Below, piece after piece: positions 12,701 to 28,530 of a DNA stretch of 64,000 nt (positions are counted from its first letter, which is position 1; the number at the start of each line of letters is the position of its first letter). The DNA comes from Centroscyllium fabricii. Lineage: Eukaryota. A model generated the notes under the pieces. It saw only the letters and a list, made by a program, of their open reading frames with translations. It ran no database searches and was not told the origin of the DNA. The DNA lies in the NCBI GenBank assembly GCA_051313645.2, contig JBNRSN020000089.1, positions 2,852,001-2,916,000 of the forward strand, in the 5' to 3' direction. Both the position numbers and the translations under genes were made by a program.

Positions 12701-15700
12701 CAGACAATATGCTTCTGTGTACAATAAATCAGACAATGTCCATCTGTGTACAATACATCAGACAATGTCCAGCTGTGAACCATACATCAGACAATATCCA
12801 TCTGTGTACAATACATCAGACAATGTCCATCTGTGTACAATACATCAGACAATGTCCATCTGTGAACGATACATCAGACAATGTCCAAATGTGTACAATA
12901 CATCAGACATTGTCCATCTGTGTACAATACATCAGATATTGTCCATCTGTGTACAATACATCAGAAAATGTCCATCTTTGTACAATGCATCAGACAATGT
13001 CCATCTGTGAACAATACATCAGACAATATCCATCTGTGTACAATACATCAGACAATATCCATCTGTGTACAATACATCAGAAAATGTCCATCCGTGTACA
13101 ATACATCAGACAATATCCATCTGTGTACAATACATCAGCCATTATCCATCTGTGAACAATAGAGCAGACATTATCCATCTGTGTACAATACATCGAACAT
13201 TGTCCATCTGTGAACAATACACCAGACATTATCTATCTGTGTACAAGACATCAGACAATTTTCATCTTTGTACTATAAATCAGACAATGTCCATCTGTGT
13301 ACATTCCATCAGAAAATATCCATCTGTGTACAATACGTCAGAGAACGTCCAGCTGTGTAGAGTACATCAGACAATATCCATCTGTGAACAATACATCGGA
13401 CAATGTCCATCTGTGTACAATACATCAGACAATATCCAGCTGTGTAGAATACATCAGACAATGTCCATCTGTGAGCAATACATCAGACAATGTCCATCTG
13501 TGTACAATACATCAGACAATGTCCATCTGTGTACAATACATCAGACAATATACAACTGTGTACAATACATCAGACAATGTCCATCTGTGTACAATACATC
13601 AGACAATATCCATCTGTGTACAATACATCAGACAATATCCATCTGTGAACAATACATCAGGCAATTTCCACCTGTCTACAATATATCAGACATTGTCCAT
13701 CTGTGTACAATACATCAGAGATTGTCCATCTGTGTACAATACATCAGACTTTGTCCATCTGAGTACAATACATTAGACAATGTCCTTCTGTGAACAATAT
13801 ATCAGACAATGTCCATCTGTGAACAATACATCAGACAATGTCCATCTGTGTACAATACATCAGACAATGTCCATCTGTGTACAATAAATCAGACAATATC
13901 CATCTGTGAAAATTACATCAGACAATGTCCATCTGTGAACAATATATCAGAAAATGTCCATCTGTGAACAATCCATAAGACAATATCCATCTGTGTACAG
14001 TACATCAGTCAATGTCCATCTGTGTACAATAGATCCGAAAATGTCCATTTGTGAACAATACATAAGACATTATCAATCTGTGTACAATACATCAGACATT
14101 ATCCATCTCTGTACAATACATCAGAAAATGTCCATCTGTGAACAATACATAAGACATTATCCATCTCTGTACAATACATCAGACAATGTCCATTTGTGAA
14201 CAAAATATCAGACAATATCCATTTGTGAACAATACATCAGACAATGTCCATCTGTGTACAATACATCAGACAATTTCCAACTGTGTACAATACATCAGAT
14301 AATATCCATCTGTATACGGTACATCAGACAATGTCCATCTGTGTACAATACATCAGAAAATATCGATCTTTGTACAATACATCACACAATGTCCATCTGT
14401 GAACAATACATCAGACAATGTCCATCTGTTTACAATACATCAGACAATGTCCACCTGTGTACAGTACATCAGACAATGTCCATCTGTGTACAGTACATCA
14501 GACAATGTCCTTCTGTGTACAGTACATCAGATCATGTCCAGGTGTGTACAATACATCAGACATTGTCCATCTGTGTACAATACATCAGAAAATGTCCATC
14601 TCTGTACAATATATCAGAAAATGTCTATCTGTGAACAATCCATAAGACAATATCCATCTGTGTACAGTACATCAGACAATATCCATCTCTGTACAATACA
14701 TTAGAAAATGTCCATCTGTGAACAATACATCAGACATTATCCAGCTGTGTACAATACATCAGAAAATGACCATCTGTGAACAATACATAAGACATTATCC
14801 ATCTGTGTACAATACATCAGACAATGTCGATTTGTGAACAAAACATCAGACATTATCCATCCGTGAACAATACATCAGACAATGTACATCTGTGTACAAT
14901 ACATCAGACAATATCCATCTGTGTACAATACATCAGACAATATCCATCTGTGTACAGTACATCAGACAATTTCCACCTGTTTACAATATATCAGACAATA
15001 TCCATCTGTGAACAATACATCAATCAATGTCCATCTGTGTAAAATACATCAGACAAATATCCATCTGTGTTCAATACATCAGACAATATGCATCTGTGAA
15101 CAATATATAAGACATTATCCATCTGTGTACAATACATCAGACATTATCCATCTGTGTACAATACATCAGAAAATGTCCATCTGTGAACAATACATAAGAC
15201 ATTATCCATCTGTGTACAATACATCAGACATTATCCATCGGTGAACAATACATCAGAAAATATCCATCTGTGTACAATACATCAGACAAATGTCCATCTG
15301 TGTACAATATATCAGACAATATCCACCTGTGTACAATACTTCAGACAATGTCCATCTGTGTACAATAAATCAGACAATATCCATCTGTGAACAATACATC
15401 AGAAAATGTCCATCTGTGTACAATATATCAGACATTATCCATCTGTGAACAATACATCAGACAATAACCATCTGTGTACAATACATCAGACAATTTCCAT
15501 CTCTGTACAATACATCAGAAAATGTCCATCTGTGTATAATACATCAGACAATATCCATCTGTGTACAATACATCAGCCATTATCCATCTGTGAACAATAG
15601 AGCAGTCATTATACATCTGTGTACAATATATCAGACATTGTCCATCTGTGAACAAGACATCAGACATTATCCAGCTATGTACAATACATCACACCATATC

Positions 15701-17379
15701 CATCTGTGTACAATAAATCAGACAATGTCCATCTGTGTACAATCCATCAGACAATATCCATCTGTGAACAATAGATCAGACAATGTCAATCTGTGTACAA
15801 TACATCAGACAATATCCAGCTGTTTAGAATACATCAGACAATGTCCATCTGTGAAAAATACATCAGACAATGTCCATCTGTGTACAATACATCAGATATT
15901 GTCCATCTGTGTACAATACATCAGACAATATGCACCTGTGTACAATACATCAGACAATGTCCATCTGTGTACAATACATCAGACAATATCCATCTGTGTA
16001 CAATACATCTGAAAATGTCCATCTGTGTACAATATATCAGACAATATCCATCTGTGTACAATACATCAGACATTATCCATCTGTGAACAATACATCAGAC
16101 ATTATCCATCTGTGTACAATACATCAGACATTGTCCATCGGTGAACAATACATCAGACATTATCCATCTGTCTACAATACATCAGACAATATCCATCTGT
16201 GTACAATACATGAGAAAATGTCCATCTGTGAGCAATCCATCAGACAATATCCATCTGTGTACAATACATCAGGGAATGTCCATCTGTGTACAATACATCA
16301 GACATTATCCATCTGTGAACAATACTTCTGACAATGTCCATCTGTGTACAATACAACAGACGATATCCATCTGTGTACAATACATCAGACAATGTCCATC
16401 TGTGAACAATATATCAGACAATGTCCATCTGTGGACAATATATCAGACAATGTCGATCTGTGTACAATACGTCAGACAATATGCTTCTGTGTACAATAAA
16501 TCAGACAATGTCCATCTGTGTACAATACATCAGACAATGTCCAGCTGTGAACCATACATCAGACAATATCCATCTGTGTACAATACATCAGACAATGTCC
16601 ATCTGTGTACAATACATCAGACAATGTCCATCTGTGAACGATACATCAGACAATGTCCAAATGTGTACAATACATCAGACATTGTCCATCTGTGTACAAT
16701 ACATCAGATATTGTCCATCTGTGTACAATACATCAGAAAATGTCCATCTTTGTACAATGCATCAGACAATGTCCATCTGTGAACAATACATCAGACAATA
16801 TCCATCTGTGTACAATACATCAGACAATATCCATCTGTGTACAATACATCAGAAAATGTCCATCCGTGTACAATACATCAGACAATATCCATCTGTGTAC
16901 AATACATCAGCCATTATCCATCTGTGAACAATAGAGCAGACATTATCCATCTGTGTACAATACATCGAACATTGTCCATCTGTGAACAATACACCAGACA
17001 TTATCTATCTGTGTACAAGACATCAGACAATTTTCATCTTTGTACTATAAATCAGACAATGTCCATCTGTGTACATTCCATCAGAAAATATCCATCTGTG
17101 TACAATACGTCAGAGAACGTCCAGCTGTGTAGAGTACATCAGACAATATCCATCTGTGAACAATACATCGGACAATGTCCATCTGTGTACAATACATCAG
17201 ACAATATCCAGCTGTGTAGAATACATCAGACAATGTCCATCTGTGAGCAATACATCAGACAATGTCCATCTGTGTACAATACATCAGACAATGTCCATCT
17301 GTGTACAATACATCAGACAATATACAACTGTGTACAATACATCAGACAATGTCCATCTGTGTACAATACATCAGACAAT
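9790..17379. repeat. Near-identical tandem duplication, period 3772 bp (130 monomers + 2 bp)
   Basis: Identical ORF-track translations at a constant 3772 offset (10182/13954, 11818/15590, 12649/16421). Rare variant monomers are shared. Confidence 0.93.
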
Positions 17380-20300
17380 GTCCATCTGTGAACAATACAT
17401 CAGACAATATCCATCTGTGTACAATACTTCAGACAATGTCCATCTGTGTACAATACATCAGACAATGTCCATCTGTGTACAATACATCAGACAAATGCCC
17501 ATCTGTGTACAATACATCAGACAATTACCATCTGTGAACAATACATCAGACAGTTTCCATCTGTGAACAATACATCAGACAATATCCATCTTTGTACAAA
17601 ACATCAGAAAATGTCCATCTCTGAACAATATAGCAGACAATATCTATCTGTGTACAATACATCAGACAAATGTCCATCTGTGTACAATACGTCAGACAAT
17701 ATCCATCAGTGTACAATACATCAGACAATTTCAATCTGTGTACAATAAATCAGACAATATCCATCTGTGAACAATACATCAGAAAATGTCCATCTGTGTA
17801 CAATACATCAGACATTATCCATCTGTGAACAATACATCAGACAATAACCATCTGTGTACAATACATCAGACAATTTCCATCTCTGTACAATACATCAGAA
17901 AATGTCCATCTGTGTATAATACATCAGACAATATCCATCTGTGTACAATACATCAGCCATTATACATCTGTGAACAATAGAGCAGTCATTATACATCTGT
18001 GTACAATACATCAGACAATTTCCATCTCTGTACAATACATCAGAAAATGTCCATCTGTGTATAATACATCAGACAATATCCATCTGTGTACAATACATCA
18101 GACATTGTCCATCTGTGAACAATACATCAGACATTTTCCAGCTATGTACAATGCATCACAACATATCCATCTGTGTACAATAAATCAGACAATGTCCATC
18201 TGTGTACAATCCATCAGACAATATCCATCTGTGCACAATACATCAGAGAACGTCCATCTGTGTAGAGTACATCAGACAATATCCATCTGTGAACAATAGT
18301 TCAGACAATGTCCATCTGTGTACAATACATCAGACAATATCCAGCTGTGTAGAATACATCAGACAATGTCCATCTGTGAAAAATACATCAGACAATGTCC
18401 ATCTGTGTACAATACATCAGAAAATGTCCATCTGTGAACAATACAGCAGACAATATGCACTTGTGTACAATACATCAGACAATGTCCATCTGTGTACAAT
18501 ACATCAGACAATATCCATCTGTGTACAATACATCAGAAAATGTCCATCTGTGTACAATATATCAGACAATATCCATCTGTGTACAATAGATCAGACATTA
18601 TCCATCTGTGAATAATACATCAGACATTATCCATCTGTGTACAATACATCAGACATTGTCCATCGGTGAACAATACATCAGACATTATCCATCTGTGTAC
18701 AATACATCAGACAATATCCATCTGTGTACAAAACATGAGAAAATGTCCATCTGTGTGCAATCCATCAGACAATATCCATCTGTGTACAATACATCAGGGA
18801 ATGTCCATCTGTGTACAATACATCAGACAATATCCATCTGTGAACAATACATCGGACAATGTCCATCTGTGTACAATACATCAGACATTATCCAGCTGTG
18901 TAGAATACATCAGACAATGTCCATCTGTGAGCAATACATCAGACAATGTCCATCTGTGTACAATACATCAGACAATGTCCATCTGTGTACAATACATCAG
19001 ACAATATGCAACTGTGTACAATACATCAGACAATGTCCATCTGTGTACAATACATCAGACAATGTCCATCTGTGAACAATACATCAGACAATATCCATCT
19101 GCGTACAATACTTCAGACAATGTCCATCTGTGTACAATACATCAGACAATGTCCATCTGTGTACAATACATCAGAGAACGTCCATCTGTGTAGAGTACAT
19201 CAGATAATATCCATCTGTGAACAATAGATCAGACAATGTCCATCTGTGTACAATACATCAGACAATATCCAGCTGTGTAGAATTCATCAGACAATGTCCA
19301 TCTGTGAAAAATACATCAGACAATGTCCATCTGTGTACATTACATCAGACAATGTCCATCTGTGTACAATACATCAGACAATATGCACCTGTGTACAATA
19401 TATCAGACAATGTCCATCTGTGTACAATACATCAGACATTGTCCATCGGTGAACAATACATCAGACATTATCCATCTGTGTACAATACATCAGACAATAT
19501 CCATCTGTGTACAATACATGAGAAAATGTCCATCTGTGTGCAATCCATCAGACAATATCCATCTGTGTGCAATCCATCAGACAATATCCATCTGTGTACA
19601 ATATATCAGGGAATGTCCATCTGTGTACAATACATCAGACATTATCCATCTGTGAACAATACTTCAGACAATGTCCATCTGTGTACAATACAACAGACGA
19701 TATCCATCTGTGTACAATACATCAGACAATGTCGATCTGTGAACAATATATCAGACAATGTCGATCTGTGTACAATACGTCAGACAATATGCTTCTGTGT
19801 ACAATAAATCAGACAATGTCCATCTGTGTACAATACATCAGACAATGTCCATCTATGAACCATACATCAGACAATATCCATCTGTGTACAATACATCAGA
19901 CAGTGTCCATCTGTTTACAATACATCAGAAAATGTCCATCTGTGAACAATACATCAGACAATGTCCAAATGTGTACAATACATCAGACATTGTCCATCTG
20001 TGTACAATACATCAGATATTATCCAGCTGTGTACAATTCATCAGAATATGTCCATATTTGTACAATGCATCAGACAATGTACATCTGTGAACAATACATC
20101 AGACAATATCCATCTGTGTACAATACATCAGACAATATCCATCTGTGTACAATACATCAGAAAATGTCCATCCGTGTACAATACATCAGACAATATCCAT
20201 CTGTGTACAATACATCAGCCATTATCCATCTGTGAACAATAGAGCAGACATTATCCATCTGCGTACAATACATCGGACATTGTCCATCTGTGAACAATAC

Positions 20301-23300
20301 ACCAGACATTATCCATCTGTGTACAAGACATCAGACAATTTTCATCTGTGTACTATAAATCAGACAATGTCCATCTGTGTACATTCCATCAGACAATATC
20401 CATCTGTGTACAATACGTAAGAGAACGTCCATCTGTGTAGAGTACATCAGACAATATCCATCTGTGAAAAATACATCGGACAATGTCCATCTGTGTACAA
20501 TAATTCAGACAATATCCAGCTGTGTAGAATATATCTGACAATGTCCATCTGTGAGCAATACATCAGACAATGTCCATCTGTGTACAATACATCAGACAAT
20601 GTCCATCTGTGTACAATACGTCAGACAATATGCAACTGTGTACAATACATCAGACAATGTCCATCTGTGTACAATACATCAGACAATGTCCATCTGTGAA
20701 CAGTACATCAGACAATATCCATCTGTGTACAATACTTCAGACAATGTCCATCTGTGTACAATACATCAGACAATGTCCATCTGTGTATAATACATCAGAC
20801 AAATGTCCATCTGTGCACAATACATCAGACAATATCCATCTGTGAACAATACATCAGACAGTTTACATCTGTGAACAATACATCAGACAATATCCATCTT
20901 TGTACAAAACATCAGAAAATGTCCATCACTGAACAATATATCAGACAATATCTATCTGTGTACAATACATCAGACAAATGTCCATCTGTGTACAATACAT
21001 CAGACAATATCCATCAGTGTACAATACATCAGACAATTTCCATCTGTGTACAATACATCGGACAATATCCATCTGTGAACAATATATCAGAAAATGTCCA
21101 TCTGTGCACAATACATAAGACATTATCAATCTGGGTTCAATACATCTGACATTATTCATCTGTGTAGAATACATCAGACAATAGCCATCTCTGTATAATA
21201 TATCAGAAAATGTCCATCTGTGTACCATACATCAGACATTATCCATCTGCGAACAATATATCAGACAATATCCATCTGTGTACAATAAATCAGACAATAT
21301 CCATCTGTGTACAATAAATCAGAAAATGTCCATCTGTGTACAATACATCAGACAATATCCATCTCTGTAATATACATCAGACATTATCCATCTGTGAACA
21401 ATACATCGGACATTATCCATCTGTGTACAATACATCAGATTTTTTCCATCTGTGAACAATACATCAGACATTATCCATCTGTGTACAATACATCAGACAA
21501 TATCCATCTGTGTACAATACATCAGAAAATGTCCATCTGTGAACAATACATAAGATATTAATCATCTGTCTACAATACATCAGACATTATCCATGATGTA
21601 CAATACATCAGAAAATGTCCATCTGTGTGCAATCCATCAGACAATATCCATCTGTGTACAATACATCAGAGAATGTCCATCAGTGTACAGTACATCAGAC
21701 ATTATCCATCTGTGAACAATACTTCAGACAATGTCCATCTGTGTACAATACATCAGACGATATCCATCTGTGTACAATACATCAGACAATGTCCATCTGT
21801 GAACAATACATCAGACAATGTCCATCTGTGGACAATATATCAGACAATGTCGATCTGTGTACAATACGTCAGACCATATGCTTCTGTGTACAATACATCA
21901 GACAATGTCCATCTGTGTACAATATATCAGACAATGTCCATCTGTGAACCATACATCAGACAATATCCATCTGTGTACAATACATCAGACAATGTCAATC
22001 TGTGTACAATACATCAGACAATATCCATCTGTGAACAATACATAAGACAATGTCCAACTGTGTACAATACATCAGACATTGTCCATCTGTGTTCAATACA
22101 TCAGATATTATCCATCTGTGTACAATACATCAGAAAATGTCCATCTGTGTACAATGCATCAGACAATGTCCATCTGTGAACAATACATCAGACAATATCC
22201 ATCTGTGTACAATACATCAGACAATATCCATCTGTGTACAATACATCAGAAAATGTCCATCCGTGTTCAATAAATCAGACAATATCCATCTGTGTACAAT
22301 ACATCAGCCATTATCCATCTGTGAACAATAGAGCAGACATTATACATCTGTGTACAATATATCGGACATTGTACATCTGTGAACAATACACCAGACATTA
22401 TCCATCTGTGTACAAGACATCAGACAATATCCATCTGTGTACTATAAATCAGACAATGTCCATCTGTGTGCAATCCATCAGACAATATCCATCTGCGTAC
22501 AATACGTCAGAGAACTTCCATCTGTGTAGAGTACATCAGACAATTTCCATCTGTGAACAATACATCGGAAAATGTCCATCTGTGTACAATACATCAGACA
22601 ATACCCAGCTGTGAACAATACATCAGACAGTTTCCATCTGTGAGCAATACATCAGACAATATCCATCTTTGTACAATACATCAGAAAATGTCCATCACTG
22701 AACAACATGTCAGACAATATCTATCTGTGTACAATACATCAGACAAATGTCCATCTGTGTACAATACATCAGACAATATCCATCAGTGTACAATACATCA
22801 GACAATTGCTATCTGTGTACAATATATCAGACAATATCCATCTGTGAACAATATATCAGAAAATGTCCATCTGTGAACAATATATAAGACATTAACAATC
22901 TGGGTACAATACATCTGACATTATTCATCTGTGTAGAATACATCAGACAATAGCCATCTCTGTATAATACATCAAAAAATGTCCATCTGTGTACCATACA
23001 TCAGACATTATCCATCTGTGAACAATAGATCAGACAATATCCATCTGTGTACAATAAATCAGACAATATCCATCTGTGTACAATACATCAGAAAATGTCC
23101 ATCTGTGTACAATACATCAGACAATATCCATCTCTGTACAATACATCAGACATTATCCATCTGTGAACAATACATCGGACATTATCCATCTGTGTACAAT
23201 ACATCAGGCATTTTCCATCTGTGAACAACACATCAGACATTATCCATCTGTGTACAATACATCAGACAATATCCATCTGTGTACAATACACCAGAGAATG

Positions 23301-25159
23301 TCCATCTGTGAACAATACATCAGACAATATCCAACTTAGTACAATACATCAGAAAATGTCCATCTGTGAACAATGCATAAGATATTATCCGTCTGTCTAC
23401 AATACATCAGACATTATCCATCTGTGTACAATACATGAGAAAATGTCCATCTGTGTGCAGTCCATCAGACAATATCCATCTGTGTACAATACATCAGAGA
23501 ATGTCCATCAGTGTACAGTACATCAGACATTATCGATCTGTGAACAATACTTCAGACAATGCCCATCTGTGTACAATACATCAGACGATATCCATCTGTG
23601 TACAATACATCAGACAATGTCCATCTGTGAACAATACATCAGACAATGTCCATCTGTGGACTATATATCAGACAATGTCGATCTGTGTACAATACGTCAG
23701 ACAATATGTTTCTGTTTACAATACATCAGACATTGTCCATCTGTGTACAATACATCAGAGAATGTCCATCTGTGAACCATACAATCAGACAATATCCATC
23801 TGTGTACAATACATCAGACAATGTCCATCTGTGTACAATACATCAGAAAATGTCCATCTGTGAACAATACATCAGACAATGTCCAACTGTGACAATACAT
23901 CAGATATTGTCCATCTGTATACAATACATCAGATATTATCCATCTGTGTACAATACATCAGAAAATGTCCATCTGTGTACAATGCATCAGACAATGTCCA
24001 TCTGTGAACAATACATCAGATAATATCCATCTGTGTACAATACATCAGACAATATCCATCTGTGTACAATACATTTGAAAATGTCCATCCGTGTACAATA
24101 TATCAGACAATATCCATCTGTGTACAATACATCAGCCATTATCCATCTGTGAACAATAGAGCAGACATTATCCATCTGTGTACAATACATCGGACATTGT
24201 CCATCTGTGAACAATACACCAGACATTATCCATCTTTGTACAAGACATCAGACAATATCCATCTATGTACTATAAATCAGACAATGTCCATCTGTGTACA
24301 ATCCATCAGACAATATCCATCTGCGTACAATACGTCAGATAACTTCCATCTGTGTAGAGTACATCAGACAATATCCATCTGCGAACAATACATCGGACAA
24401 TTTTCCATCTGTGTACAATACATCAGACAATATCCAGCTGTGTAGTATATATCAGAAAATGTCCATCTGTGAGCAATGCATCAGACGATGTCCATCTGTG
24501 TACAATACATCAGACAATGTCCATCTGTGTACAATACATCAGACAATATGCAACTGTGTACAATACATCAGACAATGTCCATCTGTGTACAATACATCAG
24601 ACAATGTCCAACTGTGAACAAAACATCTGACAATATCCATCTGTGTACAATACTTCAGACAATGTCCATCTGTGTACAATACATCAGACAATGTCCATCT
24701 GTGTACAATATATCAGACAAATGTCCATCTGTGTACAATACATCAGACAATATCCATCTGTGAACAATATATCAGACAGTTTCCATCTGTGAACAATTCA
24801 TCAGACAATATCCATCTTTGTACAATACATCAGAAAATGTCCATCTCTGAACAATATATCAGACAATATCTATCTGTGTACAATACAGCAGACAAATGTT
24901 CATCTGTGTACAATACATCAGACAATATCCATCAGGGTACAATACATCAGACAATTTCCATCTGTGTACAATACATCAGACAATATCCATCTGCGAAAAA
25001 TGTATCACAAAATGGCAATCTGTGCACTATACATAAGACATGATCAAACTGGGTACAATACAGCTGACATTATTCATCTGTGTAGAATACATCAGACAAA
25101 AGCCATCTCTGTATAATACATCAGAAAATGTCCATCTGTGTACCATACATCAGATATTA

Positions 25160-28100
25160 TCCATCTGTGAACAATACATCAGACAATATCCATCTGTGTA
25201 CAATAAATCAGACAATATCCATCTGTGTACAATACATCAGAAAATGTCCATCTGTGTACAATACATCAGACAATATCAATCTCTGTACAATACATCAGAC
25301 ATTATCCATCTGTGAACAATACATCGGGCATTATCCATCTGTGTACAATACATCAGACATTTTCCATCTGTGAACAATACTTCAGACATTATCCATCTGT
25401 GTACAATACATCAGACAATATCCATCTGTGTACAATACACCAGAGAATGTCCAGCTGTGAACAATACATCAGACAATATCCATCTGTGTACAATACATCA
25501 GAAAATGTCCATCTGTGAACAATACATAAGATATTATCCATCTGTCTACAATACATCAGACATTATCCATCTGTGTACAATACATGAGAAAATGTCCATC
25601 TGTGTGCAATCCATCAGACAATATCCATCTGTGTACAATACATCAGAAAATGTCCATCTGTGTACAGTACATCAGACATTATCCATCTGTGAACAATACT
25701 TCAGATAATGTCCATCTGTGTACAATACATCAGACAATATCCATCTGTGTACAATACATCAGACAATGTCCATCTGTGAACAATACATCAGACAATATAC
25801 ATCTGTGGACAATACATCAGACAATTTCGATCTGTGTACAATACATCAGACAATGTCCATCTGTGTACAATACATCAGTCAATGTCCGTCTGTGATCAAT
25901 ACATCAGACAATGTCCCTCTGTGTACAATACATCAGGGAATGTCCATCTGTGTACAGTACATCAGACATTATCCATCTGTGAACAATACTTCAGACAATG
26001 TCCATCTGTGTACAATACATCAGACAATATCCATCTGTGTACAATAATTCAGACAATATCCAGCTGTGTAGAATATATCTGACAATGTCCATCTGTGAGC
26101 AATACATCAGACAATGTCCATCTGTGTACAATACATCAGACAATGTCCATCTGTGTACAATACATCAGACAATATGCAACTGTGTACAATACATCAGACA
26201 ATGTCCATCTGTGTACAATACATCAGACAATGTCCATCTGTGTACAATAAATCAGACATTATCCATCTGTGTACAATACATCAGACAATATCCATCTGTG
26301 TACCATACACCAGAGAATGTCCATCTGTGAACAATACATCAGATATTATCCATCTTTGTACAAGATATCAGACAATATCCATCTATGTACTATAAATCAG
26401 ACAATGTCCATCTGTGTACAATCCATCAGACAATATCCATCTGCGTACAATACGTCAGATAACTTCCATCTGTGTAGAGTACATCAGACAATATCCATCT
26501 GCGAACAATACATCGGACAATGTCCATCTGTGTACAATACATCAGACAATATCCAGCTGTGTAGTATACATCAGACAATGTCCATCTGTGAGCAATACAT
26601 CAGACAATGTCCATCTGTGTACAATACATCAGACAATGTCCATCTGTGTACAATACATCAGACAATATGCAACTGTGTACAATACATCAGACAATGTCCA
26701 TCTGTGTACAATACATCAGACAATGTCCAACTGTGAACAAAACATCTGACAATATCCATCTGTGTACAATACTTCAGACAATGTCCATCTGTGTACAATA
26801 CATCAGACAATGTCCATCTTTTTACAATACATCAGACAAATGTCCATCTGTGTACAATACATCAGACAATATCCATCTGTGAACAATACATCAGACAATA
26901 TCCATCTGTGTACAATAAATCAGACAATATCCATCTGTGTACAATACATCAGAAAATGTCCATCTGTGTACAATACATCAGACAATATCAATCTCTGTAC
27001 AATACATCAGACATTATCCATCTGTGAACAATACATCGGGCATTATCCATCTGTGTACAATACATCAGACATTTTCCATCTGTGAACAATACTTCAGACA
27101 TTATCCATCTGTGTACAATACATCAGACAATATCCATCTGTGTACAATACACCAGAGAATGTCCAGCTGTGAACAATACATCAGACAATATCCATCTGTG
27201 TACAATACATCAGAAAATGTCCATCTGTGAACAATACATAAGATATTATCCATCTGTCTACAATACATCAGACATTATCCATCTGTGTACAATACATGAG
27301 AAAATGTCCATCTGTGTGCAATCCATCAGACAATATCCATCTGTGTACAATACATCAGAGAATGTCCATCTGTGTACAGTACATCAGACATTATCCATCT
27401 GTGAACAATACTTCAGATAATGTCCATCTGTGTACAATACATCAGACAATATCCATCTGTGTACAATACATCAGACAATGTCCATCTGTGAACAATACAT
27501 CAGACAATATACATCTGTGGACAATACATCAGACAATTTCGATCTGTGTACAATACATCAGACAATGTCCATCTGTGTACAATACATCAGTCAATGTCCG
27601 TCTGTGATCAATACATCAGACAATGTCCCTCTGTGTACAATACATCAGGGAATGTCCATCTGTGTACAGTACATCAGACAATATCCATCTGTGTACAATA
27701 ATTCAGACAATATCCAGCTGTGTAGAATATATCTGACAATGTCCATCTGTGAGCAATACATCAGACAATGTCCATCTGTGTACAATACATCAGACAATGT
27801 CCATCTGTGTACAATACATCAGACAATATGCAACTGTGTACAATACATCAGACAATGTCCATCTGTGTACAATACATCAGACAATGTCCATCTGTGTACA
27901 ATAAATCAGACATTATCCATCTGTGTACAATACATCAGACAATATCCATCTGTGTACCATACACCAGAGAATGTCCATCTGTGAACAATACATCAGATAT
28001 TATCCATCTTTGTACAAGACATCAGACAATATCCATCTATGTACTATAAATCAGACAATGTCCATCTGTGTACAATCCATCAGACAATATCCATCTGCGT

Positions 28101-28530
28101 ACAATACGTCAGATAACTTCCATCTGTGTAGAGTACATCAGACAATATCCATCTGCGAACAATACATCGGACAATGTCCATCTGTGTACAATACATCAGA
28201 CAATATCCAGCTGTGTAGTATACATCAGACAATGTCCATCTGTGAGCAATACATCAGACAATGTCCATCTGTGTACAATACATCAGACAATGTCCATCTG
28301 TGTACAATACATCAGACAATATGCAACTGTGTACAATACATCAGACAATGTCCATCTGTGTACAATACATCAGACAATGTCCAACTGTGAACAAAACATC
28401 TGACAATATCCATCTGTGTACAATACTTCAGACAATGTCCATCTGTGTACAATACATCAGACAATGTCCATCTGTGTACAATACATCAGACAAATGTCCA
28501 TCTGTGTACAATACATCAGACAATATCCAT
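25160..28530. repeat. Tandem duplication, period 1712 bp falling to 1654 bp (58-bp indel); boundaries approximate
   Basis: ORF pairs 25225/26937 and 25370/27082 are offset 1712; 26114/27768 and 26414/28068 are offset 1654. Confidence 0.8.
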
